Of a stretch of 64,000 nt of DNA, positions 60,201 to 64,000 are shown one piece after another; position 1 is the first letter of the stretch; the number at the start of each line of letters is the position of its first letter. This DNA is from Longimicrobiales bacterium. Lineage in GTDB: Bacteria > Gemmatimonadota > Gemmatimonadetes > Longimicrobiales > RSA9. Position numbers and translations under genes: made by a program. The DNA lies in the NCBI GenBank assembly GCA_035461245.1, contig DATHVP010000008.1, forward strand, positions 6,000 through 69,999. The letters run 5' to 3'. Below the pieces are notes generated by a model that saw nothing but the letters and a program-made list of their open reading frames with translations, was not told the origin of the DNA and did not search any database.

Positions 60201-62848
60201 CGCCAGCGCCCACGCGCACACTCCTCGCCGCCGACACGCTGGTGGTGGACACCGCCGCCTTCGCCCGGCCGCAGCAGCCGCTGGAGGAACCGGTACGTCC
60301 TGCAGTCACTCCGCGCTATGCCGGCGGCTCCCGGGAGACGGGCACCCTTACCGTCGCCGACATCTCGGCCGCAGTGCGGGAGCCGGAACGACTGGCCCGC
60401 GACACCGCCACGGGTGCCCTACCCCAGGGACGGGACGTGCCACTGCCTGCCGTGGCGTTGCAGGATTCGATCGACCTGCCGCGCACCGACACCGTGATCA
60501 CCCTGGATGTGCCTGCCGACTCCCTGGCGGGAAGCCTCTTTGCCGAAGGCGTGCTCCGGGGCAACATCCACCAGTTCGACGCCGACGGCCACGCGGAAGT
60601 GGACGGACTGGTGTTCCGGGGCGCACAGGTGGCCGCGGGAGCCGTAGACTTCGTTGCCCGGGACGTGCGCACTCCCGTGGCCGACGTGGAGGTAGACGGA
60701 CGATTCGAGGGCGTGCGCGCCGCCGGCGTCGCGTTCGACAGCGTTTCTGTAGAAGGCGGATACCGCGGCGACAGGCACGGCCAGGGTCGGGCTGTCCTCG
60801 CGGCGTATCAGGATGACGACACGGATGTGCATGCGGACGTGGCCTTCACTCTGGCGCTGGAGCGGAACGAACTCCGCGTGGCCGACGCCACCATCCGTTT
60901 CGACACCACCACCTGGCAGGCGGCTCAGCCCGGCGTCATTGCGTGGGGCGGCGGCGACCTCGAAGTCGAGAGCCTGGAGTTCGTCAGCAATGACGGCGGC
61001 AGGATCTTCGTGGACGGCGTGCTGCCCGCTGCGGGCAGCGGCAACTTCGACCTCCAGCTCCGCAACTTCCAGCTCGAGCAGGTCGCCACGCTGCTGCAGC
61101 TCGAGGATGACCTGGAAGGCGCCATTGACCTGGACGCCCGCGTCACTGGCACCCGCTCAGCGCCCGTCATCAACGGGACCGGAGAACTGCGCGACGGTCG
61201 GCGCAATGGCGGGGAGTTGCCGGATGTCCGGGCCGTTCTCGCGTACGCAGACGAGACCCTCACCGCGGATGCACTGCTGCTGCACGAGGGGCGTACCCTC
61301 GCCACTCTGGACGCACGACTGCCCATGGACCTCGCCGTCACCACCACCGGGCCGCGCCTGCTGGACGGGCCGCTGCAGGTGGATATCAGCGCCGACAGCA
61401 TCCCTGCCGAGATGCTGCCGGCGTTTACCGGCGTGGTGGAGGACACCCGCGGTCGCATCAGCGGCGATATCGCGATCAGGGGCACGTTCTCCCGGCCGTT
61501 GATGGAAGGCGTGGCCAACCTCGACCTCGGACGGGCGCGCGTGGTCCCCCTCGGCGTCACCTTCGACGACATCGCCGCAACGCTGACCCTGGACGGCTCC
61601 ACCATCTCGGTGGACTCAATTGTCGCGTGGGGCGGGGGGCCCGCCCGGGTCACCGGTACGATTGACGTGGCTGACCTGTCAGATCCCGTCTTCGACCTGG
61701 TCCTCGACGCCGACAACAGCCGTGTCATCAGCACCGCGGACGTGGAACTCCGAGTGGATGCCGACGTCACCGTGACCGGCGCGCTTTCCGGCCTCCTCGT
61801 CCAGGGCGACATCCACGCCCGCAGCGGAACCATTCGCGTGCCGGAACTCGCTGAGCTCGGCCGGACCAATGTCGTAAACCTCGATGACCCCGGTACCTTC
61901 GACCGTGACGGTGGCGCGCTGGATGACTTCCAGCCGCTGGAGCCACGGCAGCCCGAGGTCCTGCGCAATGCGACCGTTGATGTGGGAATTGTCATTGACC
62001 GGGACGTCTGGGTCCGGTCCACGGAGGCCAATGTAGAGATCTACACGCCGCCCGATATCGGTGCGTTGAGGGTCCAGGCCAACGGAACCGATGGAATTGT
62101 CCTGCGCGGGAGCATCAACACCGATCGCGGTGACTATGAATTCATGGGGCGGCGCTTCCGCATGACGCGCGGCGCCATGGCCTTCATGGGCGAGTCGCCC
62201 ATCAACCCCATCCTGCAGATCGCCGCCGAGCACGAGGTCCGGCTGCCCGGCCGCGAGGCACTGCAGATCCGGATCGTCATCGGGGGCACCATCGACGACC
62301 TGGAGATCACCCTCGAAAGTGGCGCGCAACCGCCCATCTCGCAGTCCGATCTGCTGAGCTTCCTCGCGTTCGGACGCGACGCCTCCTCCCTGCTCCAGCA
62401 GCAGGGATCCGGGCTGTCCGGCCAGGGCGGCGCGGCCGGCGAGCTGGTCGGCAACATCGCCGGACTGGCCACTCAGCAGCTTACGTCCGTGGCTCTCGAG
62501 GCGGCCGTGTCCGAAGTGGAGCGGGAAGTGGCCCGGGAACTGTCCCTGGACATGTTCCGCATCAGTTCCGCTGACGTGCCCGCCGAGGTCTTTACCGGCG
62601 GCTACGGCGACATCTTCCGGGCCACCGAGGTCGAGGCCGGTCGCTACCTCCGGCCCCGCCTGTTCCTTGCCGCCCAGGCCCGGGGCGGCAGGCCCGGTCT
62701 GCGACTCGAGTATCGCACGCCGCGAGGATACGAGTGGCATGCCGCCTGGCAACCCCGATTCATGCCCGTGGATCCGACCCTCATGGACGTGGCACCCGGC
62801 CGGACCACCGTGTTCGGGACGTTCCTGTTCCGGGAGTGGCGCTTCTGA
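57212..62848 (+). CDS. tamB: TamB-like translocation and assembly module protein (AsmA-like, DUF490 C-terminus), 1878 aa
   Basis: The N-terminal signal anchor reads IAAYAGAGVLLVVVLLAAAVLVI. The very long beta-rich repetitive body ends in a region that is DUF490-like (GRYLRPRLFLAAQARGGRPGLRLEYRTPRGYEWHAAWQPRF). The start overlaps the upstream stop (TGATG). Confidence 0.8.
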   Translation: MTRRRRIAAYAGAGVLLVVVLLAAAVLVITNTDWGRERVRLFALDRLAAATDGTVEIRRIEGNLLRRIYLLDVRIVDEQGRPFLQADTIRSRFSLRGLLRQRIALTNVRMVQGVVILDEPPGEDWNYVRIFRIEPEERVPDTAVGWGDWVSLHNVQLVNTRIMIRSAWAPPEDITPEERARAIERALSGEMRDNIVAVEGGYQNVMDFRQLHATMPVIVPAHPDSAGIPIEISHFTGIAQPFRPPVAQVEALAGRFRLERDTLHFTDVRADLPDSRLAVAGLYALSSGDLLLRMNGAPMAFDDMRWLYPRMPEEGGGDVRVTVSARSLATRIIAEDMDMAVGEATLEGRIDVTLGDTLRLGDTDVRFTRLGSGLLARVLPALAFPRDGVFTGRAAVTGPPHALAIDGDVTFHDDAGPSSRVIAEGELGVQPQLRFGAMHLEFRPLHAHLIRAFAPEYPLRGAITGVASLTGTTDLLQLRSDLFIDEPGVGRSRILAAGRMDQRQDLRLDDVVVRMDPLRADLLRDAVPELPRGALIAGTVRLDGAPQRSLQVDGAIALDDPASGTSNIAARGGIEFGDELRLSDMVVRVDPLRVDLIRGYQPELPAGATMVGSVRLAGVPSRELQVDGDVVLSDPASGVSEFGATGLVSFGRELRFDGLGLRLHSVQLDLLRPWAPDLPPGGTVAGALTLTGAPARSLAVDGGITHVDPRLGTSRFALAGGLEFGDGLAFRNLDVRMDPLQLALVRGFLPDLPIGGVVAGRAVLDGTPQRFTARGNVVHDEAGRRSHVAGSMELATGPGGWAVADLQLQPLDLGTVGRFVPAAGLHGSVMGSFRARGRMDDLRLDADLRVAGGGSIALDGWINATGSEPAYDLRARTDAFDIAAVTSRAPAVTSLTGRIAAEGRGTDPATMSASISADLVDLSVDDVAADRLLVDARIDGGLAHFDTGFVRLGTAEAQVNGAFGLAAGRHGELAFSVRADSLHAFAGAMPGTREGVPPAPTRTLLAADTLVVDTAAFARPQQPLEEPVRPAVTPRYAGGSRETGTLTVADISAAVREPERLARDTATGALPQGRDVPLPAVALQDSIDLPRTDTVITLDVPADSLAGSLFAEGVLRGNIHQFDADGHAEVDGLVFRGAQVAAGAVDFVARDVRTPVADVEVDGRFEGVRAAGVAFDSVSVEGGYRGDRHGQGRAVLAAYQDDDTDVHADVAFTLALERNELRVADATIRFDTTTWQAAQPGVIAWGGGDLEVESLEFVSNDGGRIFVDGVLPAAGSGNFDLQLRNFQLEQVATLLQLEDDLEGAIDLDARVTGTRSAPVINGTGELRDGRRNGGELPDVRAVLAYADETLTADALLLHEGRTLATLDARLPMDLAVTTTGPRLLDGPLQVDISADSIPAEMLPAFTGVVEDTRGRISGDIAIRGTFSRPLMEGVANLDLGRARVVPLGVTFDDIAATLTLDGSTISVDSIVAWGGGPARVTGTIDVADLSDPVFDLVLDADNSRVISTADVELRVDADVTVTGALSGLLVQGDIHARSGTIRVPELAELGRTNVVNLDDPGTFDRDGGALDDFQPLEPRQPEVLRNATVDVGIVIDRDVWVRSTEANVEIYTPPDIGALRVQANGTDGIVLRGSINTDRGDYEFMGRRFRMTRGAMAFMGESPINPILQIAAEHEVRLPGREALQIRIVIGGTIDDLEITLESGAQPPISQSDLLSFLAFGRDASSLLQQQGSGLSGQGGAAGELVGNIAGLATQQLTSVALEAAVSEVEREVARELSLDMFRISSADVPAEVFTGGYGDIFRATEVEAGRYLRPRLFLAAQARGGRPGLRLEYRTPRGYEWHAAWQPRFMPVDPTLMDVAPGRTTVFGTFLFREWRF
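58523..59854 (+). repeat. about six tandem ~74-aa (222-nt) protein repeats inside the TamB-like CDS
   Basis: A recurring unit reads V-R-M/V-D-P-L-x-x-D-L-L/I-R...P-E/D-L-P-x-G...G-x-P-x-R-x-L-x-V-D-G. Anchor codons lie at 58754, 58976, 59198 and 59420, exactly 222 nt apart. Weaker copies flank them on both sides. Confidence 0.75.
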
Positions 62849-62905
62849 CGGCGGCCAGGTCGGTCGTGCCGGTCCGGTGCTTTGTCGGGCGCTGGGATGT
62901 CCCCC

Positions 62906-63352
62906 TCAGCGGCGTGTCAGGTACACCGGCCGCCACTCGTCGTCCACCAGGACGGCCGTGCTCAGACCCTCCCGGTCCACCCGCCCCGCGCGCAGCATAC
63001 CGCCGCGAAAAACCACACTGTCGCCCGCCAGCTCGTACCTGTCCTGGACCAGCAGTACCTCGCTCGCCCCATCGCCCCGCCTGACGCCCAGCTGCAGCAG
63101 GTAGTCCCCTGGCGCGCCCGGTGTGACGTCTCCGAAGTACACGCCGACCAGGTACAGCTCACCGCCGCCGGCAGTGACCAGGAGTTCACGGGATTCATAG
63201 GTCCCCCCCAGGCCGGCTTCCGCCGCGGCCGCCGCTGCCGGGTCCAGTCCCGCCGTCGGCGCCGTCACATCAGAACACGCGGCCAGAGCCGGCAGCCCAA
63301 GCAGGCATGTCAACATCCGCAGCGCGTTTCGATCCAGCCTGTCTTTCAACAT
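62906..63352 (-). CDS. hypothetical lipoprotein
   Basis: The signal with lipobox reads MLTCLLGLPALAACSD. No family was recognised. Confidence 0.45.
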   Translation of the reverse strand: MLKDRLDRNALRMLTCLLGLPALAACSDVTAPTAGLDPAAAAAAEAGLGGTYESRELLVTAGGGELYLVGVYFGDVTPGAPGDYLLQLGVRRGDGASEVLLVQDRYELAGDSVVFRGGMLRAGRVDREGLSTAVLVDDEWRPVYLTRR

Positions 63353-63776
63353 TGTATGGATGTCCCGGGAAAAGCAGCGAGCCCGCCTCGGCGAGTGCGT
63401 GCCGGACGTATGTGCAAAAGCGGACCCGAACTGGGCCTGGAGGGGTTAAAGTATTACACAGCAGCGTGTTGGGTGATGAGCGGACGGTCCCAGGTGTCCG
63501 ACATGGCTGTCCGCCAATCGGTCAACTCTCCGTTCCCGGCCCTGTATCCTGTTGTCACGCCTCATTCTGGCCCCTCAGCGTCCGGAAAACAGGCAGTGTC
63601 CGGATCACGAGCGACTGCCACCGTGTAAAAGGGGTTCACATGCCGGTCTGTCAGGGTTACATTACTGTATCTCATTCAATGACAATGCGTTCGGCAATGA
63701 GGCCAGAGGGTTCCCCACCGTTGGGGGAGTCACGGAGCGACTGACCTGTAGGTCGATTCTTGGGAGGAATGCGGGT

Positions 63777-64000
63777 ATGCGACGATTGCTGCTCACGGGC
63801 CTGATGGCGCTGACATCCGGTGCGCTGGCGACGGCCGCGGAGGCGCGGGAACCCTCGCTGCGCGGGTCGCCGGCGTCCATGCAGGAACAGAATCGGGTGG
63901 CGCAGGCCCACGGACTGACGTTCTACCGCACGAGTGGAGAGATCCATGCGGCTGTGGACCGGGGCGAGCTGATCCCGCTGGAAGGCAACGAGGACTATGA
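63777..64000 (+). CDS. hypothetical secreted protein, N-terminal part (3' end lies outside the window)
   Basis: GGGAGG (63762-63767) precedes ATG 63777. The signal peptide reads MRRLLLTGLMALTSGALATAAEA. The frame is open to the window end, so it is not in the ORF track. Confidence 0.4.
   Translation, partial: MRRLLLTGLMALTSGALATAAEAREPSLRGSPASMQEQNRVAQAHGLTFYRTSGEIHAAVDRGELIPLEGNEDY

Noticed and set aside
63353-63776. SRP RNA / tmRNA / RNase P RNA / tRNA in the long intergenic region
   Set aside because: The stretch gcgtccggaaaacaggcag superficially recalls the SRP domain IV GGAA tetraloop, but the flanks cannot form the conserved helix. No tmRNA ends, no RNase P GAGGAAAGUCC-type box and no GTTCRANYC T-loop were seen.
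1-64000. Mobile elements, prophage, defence systems, toxin-antitoxin pairs, RiPP or other biosynthetic clusters
   Set aside because: No integrase, transposase, recombinase, phage structural, restriction-modification, Cas, nuclease-NTPase or toxin-like ORFs were recognised. The only SPASM enzyme has no plausible short precursor peptide beyond well-known domain proteins.

Overview
This is a GC-rich, densely coding bacterial chromosomal window with many 4-nt (ATGA/GTGA) start-stop overlaps. I recognised no rRNA, tRNA, CRISPR array, transposase or integrase. All calls rest on motifs read in the translations and on remembered family signatures; no database search was run.

Positions 1-32300 form an anaerobic-respiration / N-oxide island with four parts:
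(i) A histidine kinase and a sigma-54 (NtrC-type) activator are followed by a sigma-54-type promoter and a 10-gene operon (2432-14075). The operon encodes three large multihaem c-type cytochromes (9, 8-9 and 16 haem motifs) and a predicted outer-membrane beta-barrel. It also encodes a Tat-exported NapA-like molybdopterin oxidoreductase whose Mo-ligand position reads Tyr-His instead of Cys, a tandem-NapB-like pentahaem cytochrome, and an NrfBCD-like quinol dehydrogenase (tetrahaem / 4Fe-4S / NrfD).
(ii) A nirK operon carries an Rrf2 (NsrR-like) regulator, an ScdA_N-like protein, a cupin and a radical SAM/SPASM enzyme.
(iii) A minus-strand cluster is rich in DUF2249/DUF1858/DUF59 proteins. It also holds two His-motif polytopic membrane proteins, haem A synthase, a cytochrome c and a dihaem cytochrome b::ferredoxin::MvhD-like fusion.
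(iv) A second Rrf2 regulator lies divergent from a B-family haem-copper oxidase operon whose subunit I lacks the cross-linked Tyr (NO-reductase-like, eNOR-type), plus SCO and haem O synthase.

Positions 32400-64000 are mostly housekeeping and envelope genes: a BASS transporter, TonB and a TonB-dependent receptor, a lytic transglycosylase, an M19 dipeptidase, an RlmA-like methyltransferase, an SDR, an amidohydrolase, egtB-egtD, S9 and M14 peptidases, and a TamA/TamB-like pair.

The most novel-looking candidate is the sigma-54 operon that couples a porin-cytochrome-like module to the atypical Nap-like enzyme.
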